Positions 1 to 12,786 of a DNA stretch of 64,000 nt are shown piece by piece. The position numbers were made by a program, and so were the translations under genes. The notes beneath the pieces were generated by a model. The model worked only from the letters and a program-made list of their open reading frames with translations, was not told where the DNA came from and made no database searches. Position 1 is the first letter of the stretch, and the number at the start of each line of letters is the position of its first letter. The stretch is from contig CM097884.1 in the NCBI GenBank assembly GCA_044892505.1, positions 110,236,001 through 110,300,000 on the forward strand. The letters are read 5' to 3'. The stretch is from Schmidtea nova (taxonomy: Eukaryota).

Positions 1-1059
1 AAGAAATTTGAAACTTGCGCCCCAATTCATCTGTCGGAAATTGAAATGGTTCATTGAGTCCAGGTTGACATGGTCCGATTTCAAACAATTTTCGTATCAG
101 TTTCGAGCTTATGCTCGTATTAATGTAGAGTCCTGGATCTGTAGGAAAGTCGGATTGAGGAAGAAGTGGTTCTTGTAAAATATCTGAAGCAAGTTGTTTT
201 TCCACTGTATCAAATTCTGAACCACCCTGATTATGTTTCAAGCCCTGAGCAGGTAATGTTACCGTCTCAGTATTATATGCACATGAATGTATAGCTGGGT
301 GTTGATCATCAACTACAGATAGTACTTGCTCATCTTCAACAAGAACTTCAGATGATGTTTCTGTCTCAGCAGGCTCAGTACAGGAACTCGAATGCGTAGA
401 TGGGTGTTGATCATCAAATACATGCACATTTTTAGCAGAAACTTCAGCTGATTGAACTACTGGCAGTTTAGACTGTTTAGTAATAAATGATGTTAACTTA
501 ATACATTTGCTAGCATCTGCCTTGAGACTGGCTTCCTTTGCCAATTTACGCCTAGATGATCCACTTAATTTGGTAACTGATTTTCTTTTATTAGTGTCAC
601 CAGTTGACTCAGCCATGGCTCTAATTTAAATTTTATTTTAATTCAATATTGAATATTATTTTAATATTTCAATACTAACGCAATAATTTGTTTGTCATAA
701 AAGTCCAAATTGACAATAATTATTATGGTTAGATTTATGTACAAACACTATACAAGCTTAAAAAAGTCAAATTGTCGCTCTTCACAGGAGCTATGTAATA
801 TTATTAATATGATGCAGCATAACAGCTGGAGTTGCTTAAATCCAGTTGAACTTTGTACACAGACAAAACTGTAATAAGAGAAAGGCCAGGCCGTCTGGCT
901 AGTGGCAGTCTCAGCACTGCTGAGTAAGCTGTAATCTGCACTAATGAAGAATATGCCTGCTGCTGTGCTGCATCAACTATGTTTAACAACATAGCTGAGT
1001 AATAGGTACTATCAATAATAATAATAATAATATAAACGGTGACTCTGAGCAGCTGTATG
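1..1059 (-). mobile_element. Partial second copy of the hAT element, inverted; 5' part of transposase (ATG at 616, open to window edge)
   Basis: Reverse complement of 1299-2255 with a few substitutions, one fewer ATT unit and an extra in-frame 105-bp segment (between repeats at 296-312 and 401-417). Lacks the terminal ~200 bp and TIR. Confidence 0.9.
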
Positions 1060-1097
1060 ATGCTCATATCATTATCAATCATACAAGCTTTGAAAAG

Positions 1098-4000
1098 CAG
1101 TGGCGGATTCAACAGTGGCGTGGGGGCGGGTCGCCCCCCCCCCACGCCACTGTTGAATCCTAATTGGCGCCCCCCAAAGATAATTTTTATGAATGTGTAC
1201 AAGCATTAAGATTAATCCGATCACTGACACTGACAATTTAATATATCTTTGATTTGGAAGAGCTAAATGGATTGAAATGTATTCTACTTTCACTGCAGCA
1301 TACAGCTGCTCAGAGTCACCGTTTATATTATTATTATTATTATTATTGATAGTACCTATTACTTAGCTATGTTGTTAAACATAGTTGATGCAGCACAGCA
1401 GCAGGCATATTCTTCAGTAGTGCAGATTACAGCTTACTCAGCAGTGCTGAGACTGCCACTAGCCAGACGGCCTGGCCTTTCTCTTATTACAGTTTTGTCT
1501 GTGTACAAAGTTCAACTGGATTTAAGCAACTCCAGCTGTTATGCTGCATCATATTAATAATATTACATAGCTCCTGTGAAGAGCGACAGTTTGACTTTTT
1601 TAAGCTTGTATAGTGTTTGTACATAAATCTAACCATAATAATTATTGTCAATTTGGACTTTTATGACAAACAAATTATTGCGTTAGTATTGAAATATTAA
1701 AATAATATTCAATATTGAATTAAAATAAAATTTAAATTAGAGCCATGGCTGAGTCAACTGGTGACACTAATAAAAGAAAATCAGTTACCAAATTAAGTGG
1801 ATCATCTAGGCGTAAATTGGCAAAGGAAGCCAGTCTCAAGACAGATGCTAGCAAATGTATTAAGTTAACATCATTTATTACTAAACAGTCTAAACTGCCA
1901 GTAGTTCAATCAGCTGAAGTTTCTGCTAAAAATGTGCATGTATTTGATGATCAACACCCAGCTATACATTCATGTGCATATAATACTGAGACGGTAACAT
2001 TACCTGCTCAGGGCTTGAAACATAATCAGGGTGGTTCAGAATTTGATACAGTGGAAAAACAACTTGCTTCAGATATATTTCAAGAACCACTTCTTCCTCA
2101 ATCCGACTTTCCTACAGATCCAGGACTCTACATTAATACGAGCATAAGCTCGAAACTGATACGAAAATTGTTTGAAATCGGACCATGTCAACCTGGACTC
2201 AATGAACCATTTCAATTTCCGATAGATGAATTGGGGCGCAAGTTTCAAATTTCTTGGTTCACAAAATGTTTTGGAAAAGGTAGTATGAAGGAGGAAAGAA
2301 ATTGGCTTGTCTATTCACCAACAAATCAAAAAATGCATTGCCAAGCTTTCTGGTTATTCGCTGATTGTAAAACTGAAAATTATAGCAAGGAATGGTCCGA
2401 TCCAAATTTTGGAGTTTATAACTGGAAAAAAGGCATGGAAAAAATCGTTAAACATGAAGCTTCCAATCAACATCAAAGTGCAATATGCCAATATTTGCTG
2501 GCTAAATATCGCATTTCAAATGATAAAACTGTGATATCTGGTTTGATCAGTCTGGAGCGTTATCAAGTGGAAAAAAATAGAGAAGTTTTGAAACGCATGG
2601 TAGATGCAACGTTGTTTTTAGCAAAACAAGGTTTGCCATTCAGAGGACACAGAGAACATTCTGGCTCTGACAGTAGTAGTAATATTGGAAATTTTCGAGA
2701 ATTGCTATTTTTATTGGCTAAATATGATTCCACTTTGGACAATCATCTAAAGTTTGAAAAGAAAAATGAACTTTATTTATGTCATGATGTACAAAATGAC
2801 CTAATTCAATCACTTGCCTCTGAATTATCCGCAAATATTGATAATGAAGTTAGGTCTGCACAATTCTTTTCTCTAATTGTTGATTCAACAATTGATATAT
2901 CCAGAGTTGATCAGATGTCAGTTTCTTTAAGATTAGTGTTAAAATCAGGACAAGTTGTTGAACGATTTATAGGCTTCTACAAGTTGGAAAACAGTAATGC
3001 TGCAGCATTTTCTGATATAATATTAACGGAGTTACAAAAGCGAAACATTGACATTACACTTTGTAGAGGACAGGCATATGATGGTGCCTCTGTGAGGTCT
3101 GGGATTAAAAATGGTCTTCAAACTAAGATAAAGACACTTTCACCAAATGCCATCTTTGTTCACTGTTGTTCTCATGCATTGAATTTGGTGACTATTGAAG
3201 CAATGTCTCTTAACAGTGATGTTCAGTTGTTTTTTGGTACAACAGAAAAGTTGTATACTTTCCTTACATCAAGTTTACCACGACTACATATTCTCGAAGA
3301 ACATCAGAAGTCTCGATATGAATCGACAGTAGATACTCTAAAACGACTTTCTGATACAAGATGGGCAAGCCGAAAGCATGCAGTTGATGCAGTTGTTGGA
3401 TCATTCTCTGCTATTATATCTACTCTAGAAGATATAAATTTTGGGGAATCAAAAGAACACAAAGGAAGTGTCAGAGCAGAAGCTATGGGACTATCTATTT
3501 TGATAACAAAATATTCTTTTGTTTTTCTGATGCTATTTCTACAAAAGCTGTTAGATAATATCTTTGTGTTATCAAACTATTTGCAACGAAAGGACATAGA
3601 TATTGCGTTTGCAAAACAATTGATTTATGTTGCCAGAAATAAGTTTGCTGATATGAGAAGTGATAAAGCTTTTGAAAGTCTAAATGTTGCTGTAAAATCA
3701 TTTATTATCAAAAATTGTTCTTCACCAGATGTTGAAACAGAATTTTAAGAAAAGCGAGTTGCAAAAAAGAAACGCATGGCAGGTGAACTTAACAGAGATG
3801 AAAGGGTTGATGATCTAACTACACGTTTCAAATGTGAAACGTATTTCACTGTCTTGGATACACTTGTAACACAACTAGATGAACGTTTTAATGATTTTCA
3901 TAACACTGTTGCTTTATTCTCCTGTCTTGATCCATCACAAATATCAGAAGAAAATAAAGAATCTTTTCAAAATTTATGTGACATTTACAAAAACGATATT

Positions 4001-4549
4001 AATGTTGAAGAAGCAATCCTAGAATATGATACTGTCAAATACGTGTATGCATCAATACGCCCATTACTATCTTGTGAACTACAACTTAAAGAGGTGCTGC
4101 CTTTCTTGGTTGAAAAACAGATGGCGCCGGGACTTCCCAATTTGGCAATTCTGTATAAAATATACTTGACTCTTCCTGTTACATCTGCTACTGCTGAAAG
4201 AAGTTTCAGTAGACTGAAAATTATCAAAAATTATTTGCGATCAACAATGACAAACGAACGTCTGTCTGGATTAGCATTAATTTCAATAGAACGCGAACTG
4301 GCTGAGAACATTGACTTTGAATCGACTATAAATCGTTTTGCTTCAATGAAATCACGCAGGAAGCAATTTAATTAATAAATAAACTGGTATGTTTGTTACA
4401 TCAATAAATTTACTGAATCTAATGCTTTATAATGATATTAGTATTCACTCAATACTCGGGAAAATGAGTAGTACAATCTTCATAATTTGTGGCGCCCCCT
4501 GAAAATTTTCGTCGTCCAACCCACGTACCAAAATCTAAATCCTCCACTG
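1098..4549 (+). mobile_element. hAT DNA transposon (ZMYM1-like/DUF4371 group)
   Basis: TIRs CAGTGGCGGATTCA (1098) and reverse complement CAGTGGAGGATTTA (ending 4549) enclose a hAT transposase. The 8-bp flanks (ttgaaaag/ccacaaac) do not match, so no TSD. Confidence 0.9.
1745..4375 (+). pseudogene. hAT transposase, ~876 codons, one in-frame TAA at 3746-3748
   Basis: ORFs 1745-3748 and 3776-4375 are in the same frame, joined by 9 sense codons (EKRVAKKKR). Motifs: WLVYS..C (TTF-type Zn finger), LPFRGH, IVDSTID, QAYDGA, CCSH, TRW, C-terminal SATAERSFS dimerisation domain. Confidence 0.92.
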
Positions 4550-4609
4550 CCACAAACCATATTTTAAAAATAAATAGATTTATTATATATCTCTTAATCA
4601 TATAAAATA

Positions 4610-7330
4610 TGTTGACTTTTTAAGGTAGCGTGTATTTTTCATTGTGTGTTTTGCTTGTTTGTATAATTTATTTTCACATATGGCGCCATCAGGAAGATCT
4701 TGCAAAGAGCAGATACTTGGACTCAAAAGCCACTCTGGTAAAGGCTTTCGGGCTTAACCTGTTTGCTGCATTAGAAGCATTTAAATCGAGGAGATATAAA
4801 TCAGGAGAAATTGTAGACTCGGACTTTGGCTCTTTAAAACGCCTATGGAAGCTGGCAAGAATAGGCAATGAAGGAATCGTCATGGCTTTCGTTGTTAGTT
4901 TCCCAGCCGCCGTATCGAAGGCATAGCAAATTACGGGGATGGGCGGAAAGAAGTTTGTAATCGAAAAAGCTTGAATACTACTGGATTTTTAAATGCCCAG
5001 AAAAGCACAAAGCTGAAAAGCAGAAGCTATGAGTTTTATCGTGTCCAAAAATAAATTCAAATTCAAGTGTTTCGCATGTAGTGAAGAAGGCCATTTCGTC
5101 AGAGAATATCGACTGGAAAACTTCGTGGGGAAGCAGTAAGCGCAGGCAGTTTTTCTCAGAACAACAAGGTACCAAGCGTCAGGATAATTATTGTATGAAT
5201 CTAAGGAAAACACGGCATTGCTTTAATAGATTCAGGCAGTTCTCAGTTTTTTCTGCGAAAATATCGGTTCAATGGAAACTACTTATCTAGTAAATGGATC
5301 GTTACAGTTGATGATCGAAAATTAGAATGAATGTCGGGAATTTTTTTGAAGACAATTTTGATGGGGAAAATGTACAGTACATTGAAAGTGGTCTGGAGGG
5401 CTTAAACGCTAAGAAATCATCGCGGGATGAACCATTTAAAAGAACAGGTGAAAGAAACCTTTGACAAGGAAGCTCAGCAGTGGATTTCAGATGGTTGGTT
5501 ACAAGAATATCATAGGCCACATGACAGAATCAATCTTTTGTTAACAGTCAAGAAAGTCAATAAAGAAAGAATTTGACCGTTAATGGATTTTTGAGAGTTA
5601 AACAAGTGGTTTGAATGCCACACATGGGACAGCGACGTTTGCTTAGAGATGATACGTCATTGGCGTTGAATCGAAAAAGAAGTTGCTCTCCTTGATTTGC
5701 GTAAAATATAGCTTGCAAATTCATATTGAAAAGAACCTGTGGCGCTATCAAGTGGTTCGACACGCGGGAAAGACTTACTGTGTAACTCGTTTAGTAGTTA
5801 GTTTAAACTGGCTCTCAGGATAATGTCAAAGAGCTTGCGAAGGGTGCTTTCTTCTAATGTCGTCGTTCAAGATGCCACATTCAACTATGTCGACGAAATA
5901 GCAGTGGACTCATCAAAGGTGGATTCAGAGGCAGCCGTCGAAATACTCTACTGCTTTGTACTTAAGACCAAAGATCTGGTACCCATCGCAAACGCAAAAG
6001 CGTTCGGTCTCCCTATTTTTCACACAGAAAGCAACGAACTGAGGTTGTAGAGAGGAACTCAATTTTAAAACCTTAACATAAACGAGTCATGCTCCAGGCG
6101 AAAGTTATTTTCTATTTGTGGTCACATGCTTGGGCACTATCCAGTGGCAAAATGGCTGTCAGTAACCTGGTAAAATCAAAAGAATACTTAGCGAATATTC
6201 TGACTCGGATACCACAGGCGTGGATGAAATATTGCTCCCCATTCATTGATGGTGCTTCTCTATCTTTAGTGTCCAAAATGCATGAGAAGCATCACGTGTG
6301 CATCAATCAAATGCTTTACTTAGCCAAGAATTATGATTCAACAATAAGCTAAAATATAGTTAATGAAATTATCGATTCATGTCATAAGTGTAAGATTTTT
6401 GATCCGTCCCCAATAACCTGGAAGAAAGGTATATTGGATGTTAATGAAAAATGGATGCGAATTGTTTTTGACGTAACTCATGTGAACGCGGATCTTTTTC
6501 TTTCAGTTGTAGATTTCGGGCCTAGAAGAATTTGCACCTGGAAGAAGATCTCTAATGACGATTCGGTTTCTAATATCAATACGCTGTCCTTCTGAAAAAA
6601 GAGTTCAGTGGAAGAAATTCCGTCGTTACGGTGCGAACTTTTAATCTGCAGAGTTCAAACGTTTTGCAGATCTATGGAACGTAAATCAAAAATATAATTG
6701 CGTCTACAGACCCGAAAGAAATGGCATTGCAGTAAGAAACCACAGAACTATCAAGCGGATAGTGGCAAGATCAGGATGTGACCCACTAAGAGTGGTCTTC
6801 TTTTATAATATAACTCCTCATTCAGACTTAGACGATATTACAGTACCTGCAAAGATGCATTGGTCGAACACGGAAGTGCCTGACATTTTAGGGAGGTAAA
6901 GACGAATTTGATAGTCGCGATAATTATGGTTCAAATCAGAATGCTGTCTGGAATCTCGTATTCATCTAGCCGCCAAATGGAAAATGCAACATACCCTGTG
7001 CCGTTGGTATGGTCACTGGAATCAATTCCTCATCCAACGTGGAAGTCGATGACACTCCGAGACACGCCAGTTATCTTCGAAGGGTCTCAAACTGCGATGA
7101 TGTTATTGAACTAACAGAATTGATAAGCGACAGGGACCAAGATCATCCAGAATTCATTAGCTTAGCTTCGGCAAGAATGAGAAAAGAGCGCTGGTTACCA
7201 GAATGGATGAAAAAAAACTATGAAAAAAACTATGAAAAAACTATGAAAACTATGAAAAAAAAACTATGAAATTTATCCTAAGATCATGGAGTTGTAATTA
7301 TGCAAATTTTTGTGCGTCATGACCTTTTAC
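4610..7330 (+). mobile_element. Highly degenerate Ty3/Gypsy-like LTR retrotransposon
   Basis: PBS-like TGGCGCC at 4681 after ...CACA; CCHC relic (CFACSEEGHFVRE, ~5065); protease LIDSGS (~5222); RT relics (WRYQVV, YVDEI); integrase relic (NGIA.RNHRTIKR, ~6720). Many stops and frameshifts; boundaries approximate. Confidence 0.65.
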
Positions 7331-7948
7331 ATCTTAGGTCAATGAGAACGTAATATTTCATTAAATATTATGACGCAGTTCTTCTTTAAGCTCTAAATAA
7401 TTGAGCGTTAAATAAATCTTATCATTCAATTTATTTGTCTTTTGGCAATGGATGCACAGTATCACACTGCAAATTGATGGAAGTTTTGATTGCATATGAA
7501 GTGGTCCATTTCTATAACAAGTAGAAATGTGTTTTAATTTCATGATAAAAGTTGTAAGCTTTTTGCTGTCATTTTTCTGAACAGAAGGAGTAAAACTGAT
7601 TTTTTTAATATAAAGCTAAAAATGGAAAAATTAATTTGAATATAAAAGAAATTGACGCTAAAACTACATAATTAATAATATTTTCCGTTAAATTTACAGA
7701 TAGACGAGATTTTTTAAATAAATTAAATTTACCTAATTTTAAATAAAAATTTACACCAATGATTTTAAATGTATTCTTTTGAACATTTTGGAGTTTTTAT
7801 TGTAACTTTGAATTATTTTTTAAAATTAACTGAAATCAAAATCAGAGAAAATGTCAAATTTTTTCATAGTCCATGCAAATTTGTTTCTTTTGAAAAATTT
7901 TATATACAATTTAATATTTCATTATTTTTTAAATTCCATACTTACCTC

Positions 7949-8966
7949 GGTGTCAGGACGAAATTACACAAGACGAAATTACACTGAGACGAAATTACAC
8001 TGAGACGAAATTACACTAAAAAATAGTAAGTTTAAAAAATGATAACTCTTTGATTATATTATTAAGAAATATATTTTGGTAAAATTCGTTATTAACAATT
8101 ATATTCAGTATCAGAACTTATCTAATATAACCTTAGTATCAGAACCTTTCTAGCAGAACCTTTGGTAGCAGAACCTCTTTTGTGATGGTTTTTACCTGTA
8201 AAAGATTCATATTGTATATTCACTTATATACTATTATTGATACATTTTCATTAAATTTATCACGTAGCAGAACCTTTCTAGCAGAACCTTTGGTAGCAGA
8301 ACCTCTTTTGTGATGGTTTTTACCTGTAAAAGATTCATATTGTATATTCACTTATATACTATTATTGATACATTTTCATTAAATTTATCACGTAGCAGAA
8401 CCTTTCTAGCAGAACCTTTGGTAGCAGAACCTCTTTTGTGATGGTTTTTACCTGTAAAAGATTCATATTGTATATTCACTTATATATCAATATCGATACA
8501 TTTTCATCAAAATTATTCAGAATATATACAAAATTGTTCAAAACTAACTAACTTTTATTTTTAAGAGATAAAATTTTGGCAATATTAAATTAAAATATTT
8601 ATTAAAACTTTTTACTAATTTTTTTTAAACTTTTTATTAAAACTTTTTACTAATTTTTCTACTAATTTTTTTTTAAAAATTTTTTACATATTTTTTTATT
8701 AATTTTTTTTATTAAACTTTTTATTAAAACTTTTTATTAAACTTTTATTAAAATTTGAACTATTTTTTTAATTTTATTTTTTACTATTTTTTAGTGTAAT
8801 TTCGTCTTGTGTAATTTCATCCCGTGTAATTTTGTCTCAGTGTAATTTCGTCTCAGTGTAATTTCATCTTGTGTAATTTCGTCTCGTGTAATTTCATCTT
8901 GTGTAATTTCGTCTCGTGTAATTTCGTCTTGTGTAATTTCGTCTTGTGTAATTTCGTCATGTAACC
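7949..8966. mobile_element. Non-autonomous Mutator/Foldback-type element with modular TIRs
   Basis: Exact 9-bp TSD ACTTACCTC (7940-7948 and 8967-8975). Arms are built of 15-16-bp GACGAAATTACAC units: 4 on the left, about 11 inverted on the right. Confidence 0.88.
8141..8510. repeat. 128-bp tandem repeat, ~3 copies, inside the MITE
   Basis: agaacctttctagc recurs at 8141, 8269 and 8397. Confidence 0.92.
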
Positions 8967-9485
8967 ACTTACCTCCCCCTATATTTCCGCCCTGCACTGC
9001 CTTATCAGCGATATGGTCAACATAATCTAAAGTAATGTTAAACTGCTATAAATTGAAACATTCAATTATAAAAATTTATAAATTTTTATTAAATAATTAA
9101 ATTCTTTTAATTTTATTCTTTTTTATTTTTTAAAAATAAATCGACATAATTGTGAATGAAAAATGAAATTTCAAGTATTCAAGACTACAAAGGTAATATT
9201 CTCAGACTGTTTTCCCTTTCAAACACTGTTTATCATTAGGATCCAATAAATCATTTCCGTGTCTGCGTTTCTCGTGTCCGTGGGCAATTGTTCCCCATCA
9301 AACGGATCGAGGTTAAATTAATGGCACGTGAAATGATTGATTGTGATTATTCAAATTTTCCAATATTTCTTTGATATTTTACTTAAACAACATTTAAAAT
9401 CGATAATTATGAGTGTAATGATTTGGTTATATTAAAATTTTATATATTAAATAAAATATTAATCGAAATTCTAAAATAAAATTAT

Positions 9486-9620
9486 NNNNNNNNNNNNNNN
9501 NNNNNNNNNNNNNNNNNNNNNNNNNNNNNNNNNNNNNNNNNNNNNNNNNNNNNNNNNNNNNNNNNNNNNNNNNNNNNNNNNNNNNNNNNNNNNNNNNNNN
9601 NNNNNNNNNNNNNNNNNNNN
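9486..9620. other. Assembly gap (N-run)
   Basis: Run of N. Confidence 1.
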
Positions 9621-10008
9621 AAAATAATTGAAAACAAACGCCAATACAAATATATATTCTGCACAATATATTTTGAGAACTTAATTCTCATCATCGATCT
9701 TCTATTCGAATATAAATCAAGTAAATTGATTTTCAAACAATTTAATCATAATTTTTAAATAAAATGTATATTATAAATCTTATAAAATAGCCAAAAAATT
9801 TAAAACACTAAAATTTTATTTTAATTTAAATAAATTAATCTTAAAAATATAAAATTCTTTTTTTTATAAAAAATATTTTTTTAAGAATATTCTATAAGTA
9901 TTTTCATATTTATAAACAACAGAATAATTGAAAACAAAATCCATAATCATCAACTGAAAATGCTCTAAAACTCGAGTACAGAAAAGACGGTCAGTCTTCT
10001 CCAAAGTA

Positions 10009-11298
10009 CGTGGTGCGCCCAATAAGTCGTGAGACTAAAATAGAAAGACTTAAGATATCAACACAAAACTTTGTATTTAGAACAAGCATGGTAAATAGGC
10101 ATCATTTCTCAAAATTATTTCCTTCTGCACTGATACAATTTTCCCAGCGAATAACGAGGTTTTCGAAAGCGTTTTTGAAGAATTCTGGAAGCTTTTCTCC
10201 CAGAAAACTCTCCATGGCTGCTCTCAAATCATGTTTGTTGGCAAACACCTGGTCTCGCAGATGCTTCTTAAGATGGTTAAACAGGAAAAAATCGGAGGGA
10301 GCCAAATCGGGGCTGTATGGTGGATGGGGAAGCAAATTGAGCCCGCAACGATCAATCTTTGTCATGGAAACGCTGCTGGTGTGGATGGGAGCATTATCGT
10401 GTAAAAAAAAGAGATCACACACTCTGCTCTTGCGTCGTGCCTTCCTTGCTTGCTGCAGGATGTTGGAGTAGTAAGAACTATTGATCTTCACGCCGGATTC
10501 AGCAAAGTCAGTCAGAATAATGCCATTGGCGTCCGAAAACACCGTCAACATGAGAGCCTTTCGGTTGCAAGTTGAGGACCGCATTTTCAGTGAGCTGCTT
10601 TCTCCTGGCAGTTTCCATTCTTGAGACTCTCTTTTAGATTCGGGAACATAAAGGGACAACGGTGTCTCGTCGACAGTGATGATATTATCAATAAAAAGGT
10701 CTCCAACATTCGTCCTGATCTGCAGATTCTCCAAGCAGCATTCCAAGCGTCGTTGTCGCATTTCCACCGTTAAGAAGCGTGGCAAAAACGGGAACATAGT
10801 TTTCGAATACCACTTTCAGTGAGGAGAGTATGCACAGTTCCTTTGCTCACATTTAGACGGGTTGTGAGCTCTCTCGTCGTTATTTTTCTCTCGTTTTGCA
10901 CGATTGTCTGCAGCTTTTGCGTTATTTTTTCATCAATTTCTGAGGGTCTTCCAGATCTTTCTTCGTCTACCACGGGGGTTTTACCACTCTGAAAGTAATT
11001 GAAACAACGATAAATTGTTGCTGTGGATGGGCACTCTTGTTGGTAAACAGCTTTCAGTTCAGAAAAAACCTCTTCTCTATTTTTCCTTTCAGAAAGAGAA
11101 AGCGAATAACGCTACGGTATTAAATAGTTTCTAGAGGCATTTTTCGAATGTTCGCAAAAATATACTTAAACAATAATGGATTATTAAAACAAAATACATT
11201 TTCTTTACCTATATATGTTAAAGTTTAAATATGTCTGTATCAATTTTTTTACTATTATTATTTTTATAATAGTCTCACGATTTATTGGGCGCACCACG
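10009..11298 (-). mobile_element. Mariner transposon (1290 bp)
   Basis: 29-bp TIRs CGTGGTGCGCCCAATAAGTCGTGAGACTA, 28/29 identical. TA on the left, TT on the right (mutated TSD). Inserted at a TA within the Penelope-derived repeat. Confidence 0.95.
10102..11140 (-). pseudogene. Mariner DD34D transposase (1 nonsense, 1 frameshift)
   Basis: MPLETI*YRSVIRFLF...RSGRP, then a frameshift at ~10790. Catalytic motifs ITVDET, HDNAPIH, YSPDLAPSDFFLF. Confidence 0.93.
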
Positions 11299-12524
11299 TT
11301 TGTGGTATTTCGCCCATGACATATGAAAAATTAAACAATTATAGAACACACATCAAAAGAAACAATAAAACTCGTCAACAACCACATCAATTAATTTACT
11401 CTAATCGCAAAAATTAAGGTAAACACACGCACCCAAAGTTCTTACACTCTCATATTCACAAACATCAATATGATTGAAAACAAAGCTAAATCCCATTAAT
11501 TGACTATGCTCTGAAACTCGAATACAGAGAAGATGGGCAGTCTTTTCCAAGGTATATTGAATTTCACCAATGACGTTTGAAAAATTAAACGAGTATAGAA
11601 CACAAATCAAAAGAAGAAAATAAACATCGTCAACAATCAGACAAACTTTCAAAGAATACCGGAACAACTGACGGATAATTATCTTTCTTTAATACATAAC
11701 TCAACAACCATGGCACTAAAATAATTAAAAAGAAGAAATTTGTATTTAATTTTTATAATTCTAAATATATAGAGTTTTATATTGTCAAATTAATATTTCG
11801 ATTGAATGATGAGGTTTGTATTCGTGCTGATTTCTTCTCTTATTCTATTATTTATGAATTAATTGATGTGATTGTTGTCGATTCTAAGTTTTCTGTATTG
11901 TTCTTTGCTCTGTTCTCGTTTATATTTTCAAACGTCATGGGTGAAATACCACATACATTGGAAAAGACTGCCCGTCTTCTCTGTATTCGAGTTTCAGAGG
12001 GGAGTCAATTAATGGGATTTAGTGTTGTTTTCAGTCATGTCGATGTTTGTGAATATGTGAGTGTGAGAGTTTTGGGTGCGTTTGTTTGCCTCATTTTTTG
12101 CGGTTTAAGTAAATTAACTGATGTGATTGTTGATGATGTTTATTTTCTTCTTTTGATTTGTGTTCTATACTAGTTTAATTTTTCAAACGTCATGGGCGAA
12201 ATGCCACATACTTTGGATAAGTCTTTTCTGAACTCGAGTATTAGAGAATCTTCAATTGAGGATTATGGATTTTGTTTTCAGTCATTCTGTGGTTTATAAA
12301 TATGGAAATATTTAGAATATATTCTTAAAAAAATATTTTTTTTGTAATTAAAAGAATATTATATTTTAAGATTAATTAATTTAAATTAAAAATATTTTTA
12401 ATCGATTTAAAATTTTTTTCACTGATATATAAAATTTATAATATATATTTTATTTTAAAAATTAATATAATTTTGTTTGAAAAAATCGATTTATTTGATT
12501 CATAGTTGAATGTAAGATTGGGTA

Positions 12525-12565
12525 GCACCTGATGAAGAGAATTAAGTTCTCGAAATATATTGTGC
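12525..12565 (+). ncRNA. Minimal type-I hammerhead ribozyme (Penelope-type, palindromic stem III)
   Basis: GCAC-CTGATGA-A-GAGAA ttaag TTCTC-GAA-ATATAT-T-GTGC. Stem I GCAC/GTGC, intact core, 5-bp stem II, self-complementary ATATAT. Confidence 0.72.
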
Positions 12566-12595
12566 AAAATATATATTTGGATTGGCGTTTGCTTT

Positions 12596-12597
<2 letters not shown>

Positions 12598-12645
<48 letters not shown>
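12598..12645. repeat. (AAT)16 microsatellite
   Basis: Direct reading. Confidence 0.98.
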
Positions 12646-12647
<2 letters not shown>

Positions 12648-12786
12648 ATGAATGAAGATACCAGTTATTTTCCAAATTAGAGATTGACGAGAATTATTTT
12701 ATAATCGAAAATTTTCTCACTTAATAAAATTATTTTTGCAGGAAAGGCTTATTTTGTTTTTTATTTATTAATTAATTTAATACTTA

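Larger units (their letters stand above)
9625..12598. repeat. Imperfect foldback made of Penelope-like 3' ends; left arm interrupted by a mariner
   Basis: 9625-10006 plus 11299-11640 is an approximate reverse complement of 11880-12598. Each arm has two degenerate copies of a GIY-YIG segment (C.GC.ATY.G.TAR.LC.RV-like), homologous to 25400-25500 and 33420-33500. Confidence 0.75.

Noticed and set aside
804-1557. Duplicated 62-132 aa ORFs (MLLNIVDAAQQQ...)
   Set aside because: Non-coding hAT leader read in both arms of the inverted repeat; no domain signal.
7939-7948. ATACTTACCT resembling the U1 snRNA 5' end
   Set aside because: Only 10 nt match, and the downstream sequence is not U1.
8791-8997. 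ORF with DEITQ repeats
   Set aside because: Translation artefact of the MITE's 15-bp TIR subunits.
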